55,646 nucleotides of DNA from Alphaproteobacteria bacterium (GTDB taxonomy: Bacteria > Pseudomonadota > Alphaproteobacteria > JAPULJ01). Position 1 is the first letter of the stretch, and every line of letters begins with the position of its first letter. The notes beneath the pieces were generated by a model that was given only the letters and a program-made list of their open reading frames with translations, was not told the DNA's origin and ran no database searches. Below are positions 1 to 11,232 of the stretch, piece after piece. The stretch lies in the NCBI GenBank assembly GCA_037387885.1, contig JARRKQ010000015.1, positions 1 through 55,646 of the forward strand, read 5' to 3'. A program made the position numbers and the translations under genes.

Positions 1-9
1 GGCAAAGAC

Positions 10-1680
10 GTGAAGAGCGATATCGAGATCGCTCGCGCCGCGACGATGAAGCCGATCTGGGATATCGGCGTGGCGCTCGGTATCCCGGAAGACGCAGTGG
101 AGCCCTATGGGCGCTTCAAGGCGAAGATTGGCGGTGAGTTCCGCGCCGGCCTGGCGGACCGTCCCGACGGCAAGCTGATCCTCGTCACGGCGATGACCCC
201 GACGCCGGCGGGCGAGGGCAAGACCACGACCACGGTCGGTCTCGGCGACGGGCTCAACCGTATCGGCAAGAAGACCATGGTCTGCCTGCGCGAGCCGAGC
301 CTGGGCCCCTGCTTCGGCATCAAGGGCGGGGCGGCCGGCGGCGGCTATGCTCAGGTCGTGCCGATGGAGGACATCAACCTCCACTTCACCGGCGATTTCC
401 ATGCGATCGGCGCAGCGCATAACCTGCTCTCGGCGCTGATCGACAATCATATCCACTGGGGCAACGACAAGGCGCTCGATGCGCGCCGCATCGTCTGGCG
501 CCGCGTCGTCGATATGAATGACCGCGCGCTGCGCGATGTCGTGCTGTCGCTGGGTGGGGTGGCGAACGGCTTCCCCCGGCAATCGGGTTTCGATATCACC
601 GTGGCCTCCGAGGTCATGGCGATCTTCTGCTTGGCCACCGATCTTGAGGATCTGCAGGCCCGGCTGGGCAAGGTCGTCGTCGGCTACACCCGCGACCGTG
701 AACCGATCTATGCCCGCGATCTCGATGCCGACGGCGCCATGTCGGTGCTGTTGAAGGACGCCCTCAACCCCAATCTCGTGCAGACGCTCGAAAACAATCC
801 GGCCATCATCCACGGCGGGCCCTTCGCCAATATCGCCCATGGCTGCAACTCTGTGATCGCCACCAAGACGGCCCTGAAGCTCGCCGACTACGTGATTACC
901 GAGGCGGGCTTCGGCGCCGATCTGGGGGCGGAGAAGTTCTTCGACATCAAATGCCGCAAGGCGGGCTTGAAGCCCGACGCGGCGGTGATCGTCGCCACCA
1001 TCCGCGCGCTCAAGATGCATGGCGGCGTGGCCCGCGACGCACTGGGCGCGGAAGATGTCGACGCGGTGAAGGCGGGCCTGGAGAACCTCGGTCGTCACAT
1101 CCGCAACGTCGGCCAATTCGGCGTGCCGGCGCTGGTCGCGGTCAACCGCTTCACCTCCGACAGCGACGCCGAAGTGGCCGCGGTCCGCGATTTCTGCGCC
1201 GGGCTTGGGGTCGATGCCCATGAATGCACGCACTGGGCCGACGGTGGCGCCGGCACCGAGGGGCTCGCCGAGGCGGTGGCCGCGGTGGCCGATGTGGGCC
1301 GATCACAATTCCGGCCGCTCTACGACGATGACATGAGCCTCTGGGAGAAAGCCCGAACGGTCGCCCGTTCGATCTACGGCGCCGACGACATTATCGCCGA
1401 CAAGCGGGTGCGCGATCAGTTCGTCCAGTTCCAGGAACAGGGCTTCGGCAGCTATCCGGTCTGCATGGCCAAAACCCAATACAGCTTCTCCACCGATCCC
1501 AATCTCAAAGGCGCCCCCTCGAACCACGTGGTGCCGATCCGCGAGATCCGCATCTCAAACGGGGCGGAGTTCCTGGTGGTGATCTGCGGCGACATGATGA
1601 CCATGCCGGGCCTGCCGCGCGTACCGGCGGCCAACAGCATTCATATTGGTGAAACGGGCGAGGTCGAAGGGCTATTCTAG
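10..1680 (+). CDS. fhs: Formate--tetrahydrofolate ligase
   Basis: 556 aa; [58 protein letters not shown] and MPGLP motifs. Confidence 0.97.
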   Translation: MKSDIEIARAATMKPIWDIGVALGIPEDAVEPYGRFKAKIGGEFRAGLADRPDGKLILVTAMTPTPAGEGKTTTTVGLGDGLNRIGKKTMVCLREPSLGPCFGIKGGAAGGGYAQVVPMEDINLHFTGDFHAIGAAHNLLSALIDNHIHWGNDKALDARRIVWRRVVDMNDRALRDVVLSLGGVANGFPRQSGFDITVASEVMAIFCLATDLEDLQARLGKVVVGYTRDREPIYARDLDADGAMSVLLKDALNPNLVQTLENNPAIIHGGPFANIAHGCNSVIATKTALKLADYVITEAGFGADLGAEKFFDIKCRKAGLKPDAAVIVATIRALKMHGGVARDALGAEDVDAVKAGLENLGRHIRNVGQFGVPALVAVNRFTSDSDAEVAAVRDFCAGLGVDAHECTHWADGGAGTEGLAEAVAAVADVGRSQFRPLYDDDMSLWEKARTVARSIYGADDIIADKRVRDQFVQFQEQGFGSYPVCMAKTQYSFSTDPNLKGAPSNHVVPIREIRISNGAEFLVVICGDMMTMPGLPRVPAANSIHIGETGEVEGLF

Positions 1681-1703
1681 CCGTCCAGGCCGGCCACGAG
1701 ACG

Positions 1704-2405
1704 TCACATCTGGTCGTCGAGGGCGTAACCGGCTGCGCGGACCGTGCGGATCAGATCCGGCGCGTTGCCGGCGTTCAAGGCCTGGCGCAGACGGCGGATG
1801 TGCACGTCGACCGTGCGCGATTCGACGTAGACGTCGCGGCCCCATACCGCATCGAGCAACTGTTCGCGCGAAAGCACCCGCATCGGCCGCTCCATCAGAT
1901 AGCGCAGCAGGCGGAATTCGGTCGGACCCAGATGCACCGACCGTTTGCCGCGCTTTACCCGATGCGAGGCGAGGTCCATCGTCACATCGGCGAACTCCAA
2001 GAGCTCGGCCGAAAGCGACGGCCGGGACCGCCGCAGCACTGCACGGACCCGCGCGACGAGCTCGAAAGGCGAGAAGGGCTTGGTGATGTAGTCGTCAGCG
2101 CCCGTGTCGAGGCCGCGCACCCGGTCCTGCTCTTCGACACGCGCCGTCAACATGATGATCGGGATATTCTTGGTTTCGGGCTTGCGCCGAATGCGGCGGC
2201 AGACCTCCAAACCCGAAACGAGGGGCAGCATCCAATCGAGGACGATGAGGTCGGGTTTACGCTCTTCGACCGCCATCAGCGCTTCCTCACCGTCCATCGC
2301 CTCGGTGACCTCGAACCCGGCACTCTCAAGATTGTAACGCAGCACGCTAACCAGCGGTGCCTCGTCTTCCACCACGAGAATCAGTGGCTTGGCCGTAGCA
2401 CTCAT
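1704..2405 (-). CDS. phoB: Phosphate regulon response regulator PhoB
   Basis: REC (VVEDE, LDWMLP, KPFS) plus OmpR wHTH (RTVDVHIRRLR, IRTVRAAGY); start reassigned to ATG 2405, which overlaps the phoU stop (ATGA). Confidence 0.95.
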   Translation of the reverse strand: MSATAKPLILVVEDEAPLVSVLRYNLESAGFEVTEAMDGEEALMAVEERKPDLIVLDWMLPLVSGLEVCRRIRRKPETKNIPIIMLTARVEEQDRVRGLDTGADDYITKPFSPFELVARVRAVLRRSRPSLSAELLEFADVTMDLASHRVKRGKRSVHLGPTEFRLLRYLMERPMRVLSREQLLDAVWGRDVYVESRTVDVHIRRLRQALNAGNAPDLIRTVRAAGYALDDQM

Positions 2406-3139
2406 GCGCCGTTCTCTTTCCTTGCAGATTGACCGGGCTTGGACACGACCGTCACGCTGGTGTCGCCTTTCGGGCGTTCGTTTACCAACGGCGTGCCGTG
2501 TACCAGGAAGTATATGTACTCTGCGATATTTGTCGCGTGATCGCCGATGCGTTCGATGTTCTTTGCGACGAACAAGAGATGGGTGCACGCCGAGATGTCC
2601 CGCGGATCCTCCATCATATAGGTCAGCAACTCCCGAAAGAGGCTGGTGTACATTTCGTCGATTTCTTCGTCGGCGTTGCGGACCTCGACGGCCTTGTCGG
2701 CATCGCGTTGCGCATAGGCATCGAGCACGCGCCTGATCTGCGCTTGGACGAGTGCGCCCATGCGCGGGATGACATGCGCAGGCTTGACCTGCGGGACTTG
2801 CGATATTGCACCGACACGCTTGGCGATATTTGCCGCGTAGTCGCCGACGCGTTCCAGGTCGCTTGAAATCTTGAGCGCGGTTATGACCTCGCGCAGATCG
2901 TCCGCCATGGGTTGGCGGAGCGCCAACATTTGTACGGCCAGGGCATCGATCTCGTACTCCAGATCGTCGATACGCGTATCGCCTTCGACCGTCTTGGTCG
3001 CAAGCTCGGTGTCGCGCTTGAAAACGGACTGGACGGCGCAGGCCAGTTGCTTCTCGGCCAGACCGCCCATCCGTGCGATCAGATCGTTCAACTGGCCGAG
3101 GTCCGAATCGTAGGACTTCACGATATGTTCGTTGTTCAT
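2402..3139 (-). CDS. phoU: Phosphate signalling protein PhoU
   Basis: EHIVKSYD N-terminus, RQPMADDLR, DLERVGD and KNIERIGDHATNIAE repeats. Confidence 0.95.
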   Translation of the reverse strand: MNNEHIVKSYDSDLGQLNDLIARMGGLAEKQLACAVQSVFKRDTELATKTVEGDTRIDDLEYEIDALAVQMLALRQPMADDLREVITALKISSDLERVGDYAANIAKRVGAISQVPQVKPAHVIPRMGALVQAQIRRVLDAYAQRDADKAVEVRNADEEIDEMYTSLFRELLTYMMEDPRDISACTHLLFVAKNIERIGDHATNIAEYIYFLVHGTPLVNERPKGDTSVTVVSKPGQSARKENGA

Positions 3140-3171
3140 GGTCCCATCCGCTCTGGGGACATCCGGGTCAA

Positions 3172-3309
3172 CCGGGCCTAGCCAAAGCGTCCCGTTATGT
3201 ATCCTTGGGTTCGCTCGTCGGTCGGGTTGGTGAATATCTGAGATGTTTCGTCAACCCCACATACGAGCGAACACAAGGATACATAACCGGACGCTTTTGC
3301 TAGCCCCGG
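3172..3309. repeat. Imperfect inverted repeat (about 67-bp arms, 3-nt loop) at the pstB 3' end
   Basis: 3172-3238 matches the reverse complement of 3242-3309 at roughly 85%; the + strand ORF 3073..3303 ends in the mirror peptide [16 protein letters not shown]. Confidence 0.9.
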
Positions 3310-3858
3310 ATGAGCGATCGCTCGGGCGATGCACAGACGCTGTTGCTGCCCGCCGGAAAGGCCGGTGCCTGGCTCGTTCAGGCGATCGCGCACTTCGCCG
3401 ATCAGGCCCGCCTTTTCCAGGCTGGTGATGACGATTTCTTCGAGGTCGGTCTTGTCGCGGACAAGGCCATGGATCCTTGGGCCGTAAGCCACGTTGTCGA
3501 AGATCGATTTCGGGAACGGGTTGGGCTTCTGGAAGACCATACCGACCCGCGCGCGAAGCTGAACCGGATCGACCTGCTTACTGTAGACATCTTCGCCGTC
3601 CAGCAGGATTTGCCCTTCGACGCGGCAGCTTTCAATGCTGTCGTTCATCCGGTTGAGGCAGCGGAGATAGGTCGACTTGCCGCAGCCGGATGGCCCGATC
3701 AGGGCGGTTACTTCGTTCTCAATAATATCGAGATTGACCGCCTTCAGCGCCTGTTTGCCGCCGTAGAAGACTTCGACGCCCGAACTAGTGATCTTCGCCT
3801 GGCTCGGCTGAATCTGGGGTGTTGCTTTGGATGTCGGCACTTCGGTCACGATTTCCAT
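3178..3858 (-). pseudogene. pstB: Phosphate ABC ATPase PstB, disrupted as assembled (Walker B/D-loop/H-loop segment replaced by an inverted copy of its own 3' end)
   Basis: [37 protein letters not shown] and the C-terminal YITGRFG are present, but there is no MDEP or VTH segment; may be an assembly artefact. Confidence 0.8.
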
Positions 3859-3873
3859 ACTCTATCTCCCATC

Positions 3874-4933
3874 CTACCAGCGGCGCTCGAATTTTTTGCG
3901 GAGGACAATGGCGATTGCGTTCATGAGGATAAGGAAGGCGAGCAGCACCATGATGGCGGCGGCCGTCTTCTCCTCGAAGGCACGTTCGGGACTGTCGGCC
4001 CAGATGTAGACCTGAACCGGCAGTACGGTCGCCGCGTCGGTTATGCCGCTCGGCACATCGACGATGAAAGCAACCATGCCGACCATCAGCAACGGCGCGG
4101 TCTCGCCCAGGGCCTGGGCCATGCCGATGATCGTTCCGGTCAGGATGCCCGGCATCGATAAAGGCAGCACATGGTGCATGACGTTCTTCGGCGCGAATTC
4201 TTCCAGGTAGATCGCCGCCATCACACCGACGGGGAAGGCCAACAGCAGCGTCACGAGCATGGTGAGGCCGGAGCCGACGACGGCGCCCCAAATGCCGGCC
4301 TGCTCGGGCTCGCGGCTGTCGCCCCCTGTTAAGAACCGCCAATTGAATTGCCGCTCGACCGCGCCTTTCTTGGCGAGTGCGTCGAACCACGCGACTTGTT
4401 TGCGGCTTACCTTGGTGGCGCTGCCATCGGGATTTCGCTTGGCGTACCCCTTGCGAAGCATGTCGATCTCGTCGGAGGCGAGCAGCCAGACATGCTGGCG
4501 GGTTCCGATGATCTTGGGATTGCTGAGCACCATGCGGCGCAGCTTGTCGGCCGCACCTGTCGACAGCATCTTGCCCAAAGCGCGCCGGTCACGGCGGCCC
4601 TTTGCGTGCGGAAAAGCGGATCGGATTGCCGTGCGGGCGACGCCCTCGTAGTCGCCTCGCCGCAGATCGTCGATCTTGCGCGTCCCGTCAGGATCGATCT
4701 TCGCGGCATCGAAATAGACTTCGAGATTGATATGGGTCTGCTGAAAGGCGGAGTACCCTTTCGAAATGACGCTGAGCAAGAGGATGAAGAGCGCGACCAA
4801 GGCGAAGCCAATCGCCATCAGGCCGTAGATCTTCAGCCGCAGCTCGGACGCATGGCGTCGGCGGAGACCGCTCTTGACGGTTTCAGCGATTGCGCTCGGC
4901 TGTCGGTCCGCAGCGGCGATGGGGGCGGTGCCG

Positions 4934-4941
<8 letters not shown>
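3874..4941 (-). CDS. pstA: Phosphate ABC permease PstA with an in-frame internal deletion
   Basis: AAIYLEEFAPKN is joined directly to VMHHVLPLSMPGILTG...ALGETAPLL; the central NNLAAVPSI..EAA segment is absent. Confidence 0.85.
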
Positions 4942-6313
<1,372 letters not shown>

Positions 6314-6416
6314 TTCCCCGCCTTGGACCCGGCTCGTTTATGCGCAGCGCCAACCGACGGCCGGCGATGCATTCTTAGAAACAAACGAATATCGGCGCGT
6401 GATCGAAAATGGGTGA

Positions 6417-6443
6417 TGGCCGCCCGTTTATGACGGGCGGCCA
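6417..6443 (-). terminator. Intercistronic stem-loop after pstS
   Basis: TGGCCGCCCGT-TTATG-ACGGGCGGCCA, a perfect 11-bp stem between pstS and pstC. Confidence 0.6.
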
Positions 6444-6454
6444 CCTGCGTAGGC

Positions 6455-7519
6455 TTACATCGACAGGTTCTGGAGCTTGCTGCCCGCATTGCGGAATTGC
6501 TTGCGCTCCTTGTCGGGCATCGGGATCAGGCCCTTTTCGGCCAGATACCCATCCGGTCCCCAGGCTTTCTCGCTGGTGAACTCGGCCACGTATTCCTTGA
6601 TGCCGGGGATTTTCCCGACATGGGCTTTCTTCACGTAGAAGTACATCGAACGCGAGACCGGATATTTCTGCGCCGCGATGTTCTCGAAGGTCGGGGCAAT
6701 GCCTTTGACGATCGAGCCCTGGATCTTGTCTCCATTCTGGTCGAGGAAGCTGTAGCCAAAGACGCCGAAGGCTTTCGGATTGGCTTCGAGCTTCTGGACG
6801 ATCAGATTGTCGTTCTCGCCGGCGTCGATCCAAGCGCCATCCTCGCGGATGCCGTGGCACACGGCCTTGAACATCTTCTTGCCCTTCGACTTCTTGATCG
6901 CCGCCAGATGCTTGAAGGTCTTGCAGCCCTTCTCCATGGCGAGCTCGACGAAGGCGTCGCGCGTACCGGAGGTCGGCGGCGGGCCGAGCACCTCGATGCG
7001 CACATTCGGCAGCGAGGCGTCGATCTGCGACCAGGTCTTGTAGGGGTTCGGCACCAGCTTGCCGCCTTCCTTGCCACCCTCGGGAACCATCTTGGCGAGG
7101 GCGAGGAAGACCTGGCGAAGCGAGATTTTCATCTGCTTCGATTTCTTCGAGTTGGCGATGACGATGCCGTCATAGCCGATCTTGACCTCGACGATTTCCT
7201 TGACGCCGTTCTTCGCGCAGTTCTTGACCTCGGAGCTCTTGATGCGCCGCGAGGCGTTCGTGATGTCGGGGTGATTGACCCCGAGACCAGCGCAGAAAAG
7301 CTTCAGGCCGCCGCCCGAGCCAGTCGATTCGACCACCGGGGCTTTGTATTTGCGATAGGACTTCGCGAACTTCTCCGCTACGGCGGTGGAGAAGGGGAAG
7401 ACCGTCGACGAACCGACGATCTTGATCTGGTCGCGGGCCTGCGCGGGCACCGCGAATGCAACCGCGGCGAAGCCGGCGGCCACAAGAGTTCTTCCCAACA
7501 AGGGAGTTTTTGTGAGCAC
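6455..7519 (-). CDS. pstS: Phosphate ABC substrate-binding protein PstS
   Basis: Signal peptide (..PAQA|RDQI), VGSSTVFP, ESTGSGGG, GPPPTSGTRDAF and YPVSR motifs. Confidence 0.95.
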   Translation of the reverse strand: MLTKTPLLGRTLVAAGFAAVAFAVPAQARDQIKIVGSSTVFPFSTAVAEKFAKSYRKYKAPVVESTGSGGGLKLFCAGLGVNHPDITNASRRIKSSEVKNCAKNGVKEIVEVKIGYDGIVIANSKKSKQMKISLRQVFLALAKMVPEGGKEGGKLVPNPYKTWSQIDASLPNVRIEVLGPPPTSGTRDAFVELAMEKGCKTFKHLAAIKKSKGKKMFKAVCHGIREDGAWIDAGENDNLIVQKLEANPKAFGVFGYSFLDQNGDKIQGSIVKGIAPTFENIAAQKYPVSRSMYFYVKKAHVGKIPGIKEYVAEFTSEKAWGPDGYLAEKGLIPMPDKERKQFRNAGSKLQNLSM

Positions 7520-7610
7520 GGGACTGCCTCCAAAGACACTAAGCCGATCAGCGGATGCGGGCCCTTTCCCGGCCCGCGACGTGGCTGACCATAGCTGTCG
7601 GGCAAGATGG

Positions 7611-7643
7611 ATTTACTACTGTTTTGTTACGGTTTTTTGACAC
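7611..7643 (-). promoter_or_regulatory. Pho box (PhoB binding site) upstream of pstS
   Basis: The minus strand reads GTGTCAAAAAA-CCGTAACAAAA-CAGTAGTAAAT: three 11-bp units resembling CTGTCAT-A/T4. Confidence 0.7.
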
Positions 7644-7718
7644 AGCCAGACGGCCCGAATATCGGCAGATTCCAGCGCGAAATTGGGACTATTGAGCTAA
7701 ATTTAGCTTTTCCCGATC

Positions 7719-9113
7719 TCAAAGGCTGCGGGCGGACGCCCGGGCGGGAGCGGCGGGCAGCTTTACGGCAAATGTGCTGCCCTCGCCGGGGGTGCTTTCG
7801 ATCTCCAGCCGGCCGCCGTGCCGGTTCACGATGTGCTTGACGATCGCCAGGCCGAGCCCCGTGCCGCCCAAGGCGCGGGAGCGGGCTGCATCAACCCTAT
7901 AGAAGCGCTCGGTCAGCCGGGGCAGATGCTCGGCTTCGATGCCATCACCCTCGTCGCGCACGATGATGGCGATCTCGTCGCTCCCGCTGGGCGGTTCGAT
8001 ACGCTTCACGGCAAGGTTAACGGTCGATCCCTCATCACTGTACTTGATGGCGTTGTCGACCAGGTTCTGGATGATCTGCATGATCTCGTCGTCATCGCCG
8101 ACGACGATCGCCGGCCGCTCGGGCATATCGAGCCGCAGCCCGACAGCCTTGTCCTTGGCCTTGATCTGCAGGAGCTCGACGACCGATTGGGCGGCGCTGA
8201 CGACATCGACCCGGCCGCGCGGGCGTGAATGCTCGTTCAGCTCGATGCGCGAGAGCGACATGAGGTCGCCGATCAACCGGGACATCCGCTCGGCCTGCTC
8301 GCGCATCAGCACCAGGAACCGCTCGCGCGCCGCCGCGTCGTCCCGTGCCGGCCCATGCAGCGTTTCTATGAACCCGATCAGGGCGGAAAGCGGCGTCCGC
8401 AGTTCGTGGCTCACATTGGCGATGAAATCGGAGCGGGTCTGGTCAATGCGCCGCGCCGCGGTCAGATCCTGCAGGGCGATGATGACCGCCGTGCCGTCGC
8501 CTTGCGACGCCCGGATCGGGAGCAGTTGCGCCAGGAAATGGCGCGTCACTGCATCGACGATCGAAATCTCCACTTCCTCTCCCGGTGATCCGCTCAGGAT
8601 GTCGTCGACTGCATCGAGCACGCCAGGGTCGCGAATGACGGCGGAGAGGGTCTGGTCCTTGACGGCATCGCCGATGATGTCGCGGGCGGCGCGATTGGCG
8701 CTGCTGACCCGCTTCATCCGATTGACGATCAGAATGGGCACCGCCAGCGTCTCGATGATGCGCTCGCCGTCCGCGGCCTGGCGCTCCAGCTCCGTGATCC
8801 GCTCGCCGTACCGGCGATGGGTTCGCGATGCCACGTCGGCAAACTCCCCGACGATGCCGCGCGGGCCGATCTGCGCCGCGTCGGTGACCCCAAAATCTTC
8901 GCGCTCCAGCAAGCCACGCAACCGCTCTATCCGGGCGACCACGAGCCGCGCCACGATACCTGCGACTATCAGCGCGATCGCTATGGCGGCCGCCAGCGTC
9001 CCCACACCGCTCTTGTCGAACACCGCGAGCGCGATCACGGCCGCGACCGCGGGGGCCGCGAACAACATGGTCCAGCTTAACCAGCGCCCTATTGGCGGTT
9101 CGCGTTCCGGCAT
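7719..9113 (-). CDS. phoR: Phosphate sensor histidine kinase PhoR
   Basis: 2 TM helices, PAS-like region, DFIANVSHELRTPL, NLVDNAIKY, RLTERFYRVD and GGTGLGLAIVKH; sits upstream of the pst operon. Confidence 0.92.
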   Translation of the reverse strand: MPEREPPIGRWLSWTMLFAAPAVAAVIALAVFDKSGVGTLAAAIAIALIVAGIVARLVVARIERLRGLLEREDFGVTDAAQIGPRGIVGEFADVASRTHRRYGERITELERQAADGERIIETLAVPILIVNRMKRVSSANRAARDIIGDAVKDQTLSAVIRDPGVLDAVDDILSGSPGEEVEISIVDAVTRHFLAQLLPIRASQGDGTAVIIALQDLTAARRIDQTRSDFIANVSHELRTPLSALIGFIETLHGPARDDAAARERFLVLMREQAERMSRLIGDLMSLSRIELNEHSRPRGRVDVVSAAQSVVELLQIKAKDKAVGLRLDMPERPAIVVGDDDEIMQIIQNLVDNAIKYSDEGSTVNLAVKRIEPPSGSDEIAIIVRDEGDGIEAEHLPRLTERFYRVDAARSRALGGTGLGLAIVKHIVNRHGGRLEIESTPGEGSTFAVKLPAAPARASARSL

Positions 9114-9260
9114 TGTCCAGGCTTCGTGCGGGTCGATGACGGGAGCTGGCCTGATTTGGGTAAGGACAGCTCCACATTGGTGTAGCTAGGCCCGTATTGA
9201 ATGCGACGGATAGACGGTGTGAGGCAAGTCCGGGGTTCGTGGCAGGCGCGGCGGCATTGC

Positions 9261-9303
9261 GCCCATCGACGCCCAATCAAAGCCCAGTCGAAGCCCAATC
9301 GAC
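9261..9303 (+). repeat. Four tandem 10-11-bp direct repeats
   Basis: GCCCATCGAC / GCCCAATCAAA / GCCCAGTCGAA / GCCCAATCGAC in the divergent phoR-exonuclease intergenic region. Confidence 0.6.
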
Positions 9304-9306
9304 AGT

Positions 9307-10908
9307 ATGGGCGTTGCGTCGGGGGCCGATCGATGGCAAGCCTTGGGCGACGATGCGGCCGCGGGAGCGGGGGCAAGCCCGCTGATGCAGGATTTCGAAC
9401 TCGAACCATCGGGCGAGGACGAGGCGCCGGGCGGACGGCGCCTTCATCCGCGCGTGGTGGTGGCCGTCGTCTGCCTCGGCATGGGGGTGTGCGCGGCCGC
9501 GCTTTTCGTGCTCGTCATCGTCCTGGCGCTGGCGGGATTGCCAGCCGAAGCGCCAGCGCGGCTTCATATCTGGCTTGCCGGCATCGGCGGGCTCCTGGCG
9601 ATCGGGACGGCGGCGGCGCTGGCCTGGCTGTTCCTGGAGCAACACATCGCCCGGCCCATCGCCACGCTGACCCGCGAAACCGAGAGCGCGGTCCGCTCCT
9701 CCGCGCATACCGAGTTCGTCCTGCCCCGCACCCATGCGCTGGGCGAGCTGCCGGGCTTCGTCGCGGAGCTCGCCGGGCGCCTGGAGACGACGCGGCGCGA
9801 CACGGCCAAGGCGATGTCGGCGGCGGCCGCGCGCGCGGACGAGGATGTCGCGCGCCTTGAAGCCATCCTGCGGGATCTTTCCGAAGGCGTCATCGTTGCC
9901 GATCTCGAGCATCGGGTCGTTCTCTATAACCGCGCAGCATTGTGGCTGGTGGATGCGCCCGAGCGGCTGGGGCTGGGCCGATCGGTCTTCGAGGTCGTCG
10001 AGCCGGGCGCGGTCGAGGCCATATTGGCCGATCTTCAAGGTTTGGCGGATGACGACGCGGAGAGCCGGGTCGGCGGCCACACCGCTTCGCTCGAATGCCT
10101 CACCGTGCCTGAGGGTGCGGCGCTCGACGCGCGCATGGCGCTGGTGCGTGACGGGGAGGCGGCTGTTACCGGCTATGTGCTGACGATTGCCGCGCGGGCC
10201 AAGGCGGCCGCGCGGGACCCCGAACCCGCGGCGCTGCCGGCGCGGCCCGAATTCTACGACTTCGATCTGATGCGGCCGCGCGCGGCGGGGGCGCTCGCCG
10301 ACCGCGCGCTCAAGGATCTCAATTTCGTCGTCTTCGACACCGAGACGACGGGCCTTCAGCCCTCCAAGGGCGACCGCATCATCCAGATTGCCGGCGTGCG
10401 GATCGTCAACGGCCGCGTACTCCAGGGCGAGGTCTTCGACCGCCTCGTCAATCCCGGCCGGCGGATCCCCAAGGCCTCGATCCGCTTCCACGGCATCACC
10501 GACGATATGGTTGCCGGCGAAATGGGTATCGCAGATGTCCTGCCCGCTTTTGCTGAATTTGCGGGCGAGGCGGTGCTGGTCGCGCACAACGCCGCGTTCG
10601 ACATGAAGTTCCTCTCGCTCACGGAAGCGGAAACCGGCGTCGCCTTCGCCAATCCGGTCCTCGACTCGCTGCTGCTTTCGGTCTTCGTCCACGACCACGT
10701 GCCCGACCACACGCTCGACGCCATCGCCGGCCGCTTCGGCGTCGAGATCGAGGGCCGCCACACCGCGCTCGGCGACGCCCGCGCCACGGCGCGCATCTTC
10801 CTCCACCTGGTCGAGCTGCTCGAGGGCCGCGGCATCACCACCCTCGGCCAGGCCATGGAGGCCGAGCGCAGTATCTACGCGCTCCGCCGCAAGCAGGCGC
10901 GGTTATAG
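9307..10908 (+). CDS. Membrane-anchored PAS-domain DEDDh 3'-5' exonuclease (DNA Pol III epsilon-like)
   Basis: 2 TM helices, HAMP-like linker, PAS ([19 protein letters not shown]), RPEFYDFDL, Exo[11 protein letters not shown], ExoII HNAAFD, ExoIII HTALGDA; start uncertain (9307 or 9385). Confidence 0.85.
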   Translation: MGVASGADRWQALGDDAAAGAGASPLMQDFELEPSGEDEAPGGRRLHPRVVVAVVCLGMGVCAAALFVLVIVLALAGLPAEAPARLHIWLAGIGGLLAIGTAAALAWLFLEQHIARPIATLTRETESAVRSSAHTEFVLPRTHALGELPGFVAELAGRLETTRRDTAKAMSAAAARADEDVARLEAILRDLSEGVIVADLEHRVVLYNRAALWLVDAPERLGLGRSVFEVVEPGAVEAILADLQGLADDDAESRVGGHTASLECLTVPEGAALDARMALVRDGEAAVTGYVLTIAARAKAAARDPEPAALPARPEFYDFDLMRPRAAGALADRALKDLNFVVFDTETTGLQPSKGDRIIQIAGVRIVNGRVLQGEVFDRLVNPGRRIPKASIRFHGITDDMVAGEMGIADVLPAFAEFAGEAVLVAHNAAFDMKFLSLTEAETGVAFANPVLDSLLLSVFVHDHVPDHTLDAIAGRFGVEIEGRHTALGDARATARIFLHLVELLEGRGITTLGQAMEAERSIYALRRKQARL

Positions 10909-10955
10909 CGGCACGCCCCACTCGGGCCTCCCACGATTTCGCAAAAGGTTCCGGA

Positions 10956-10983
10956 TTGACCGGGGACAGCGCTCCGCTACGAT
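10956..10983 (+). promoter_or_regulatory. Putative sigma70 promoter of the PG-binding effector gene
   Basis: TTGACC-16 bp-TACGAT, followed by an AGGAG RBS before ATG 11030. Confidence 0.5.
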
Positions 10984-11232
10984 CAGGGGATTTTTCCCAC
11001 TAGCTGATCGCAATAGGAGCAGACGCACGATGCCCCCAACCTTCCGCCGCCTCTTCGAAGGCCCCGACGAATTCGACTACGCCCCAGATCCTATGGGAAG
11101 GGTGGGCGCGGGAATGCAGGAGATCCACGACCCGACCGACGACCCGCGCGGCAACGAGCTCTTCCAGGACTTCCGCGAGGCCTGGGCCGAGGGGCACGAC
11201 CTGCCCGATCTCTTCGGCGGCGCGGGCATGCT
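10958..11232 (+). repeat. Direct repeat copy 1 (promoter/UTR plus 5' end of the effector gene)
   Basis: Diverged match to 13152-13438; the first ~42 bp are identical. Confidence 0.9.

Noticed and set aside
9277-10806. Long antisense and alternative-frame ORFs (this one; also 13622..14974, 15558..16979, 33071..34600, 44512..46053 and others)
   Set aside because: Shadow ORFs expected at high GC, lying opposite well-supported genes and showing no recognisable motifs
9307-10908. Calling the exonuclease dnaQ
   Set aside because: TM-HAMP-PAS architecture and transporter context do not fit the replicative proofreading subunit
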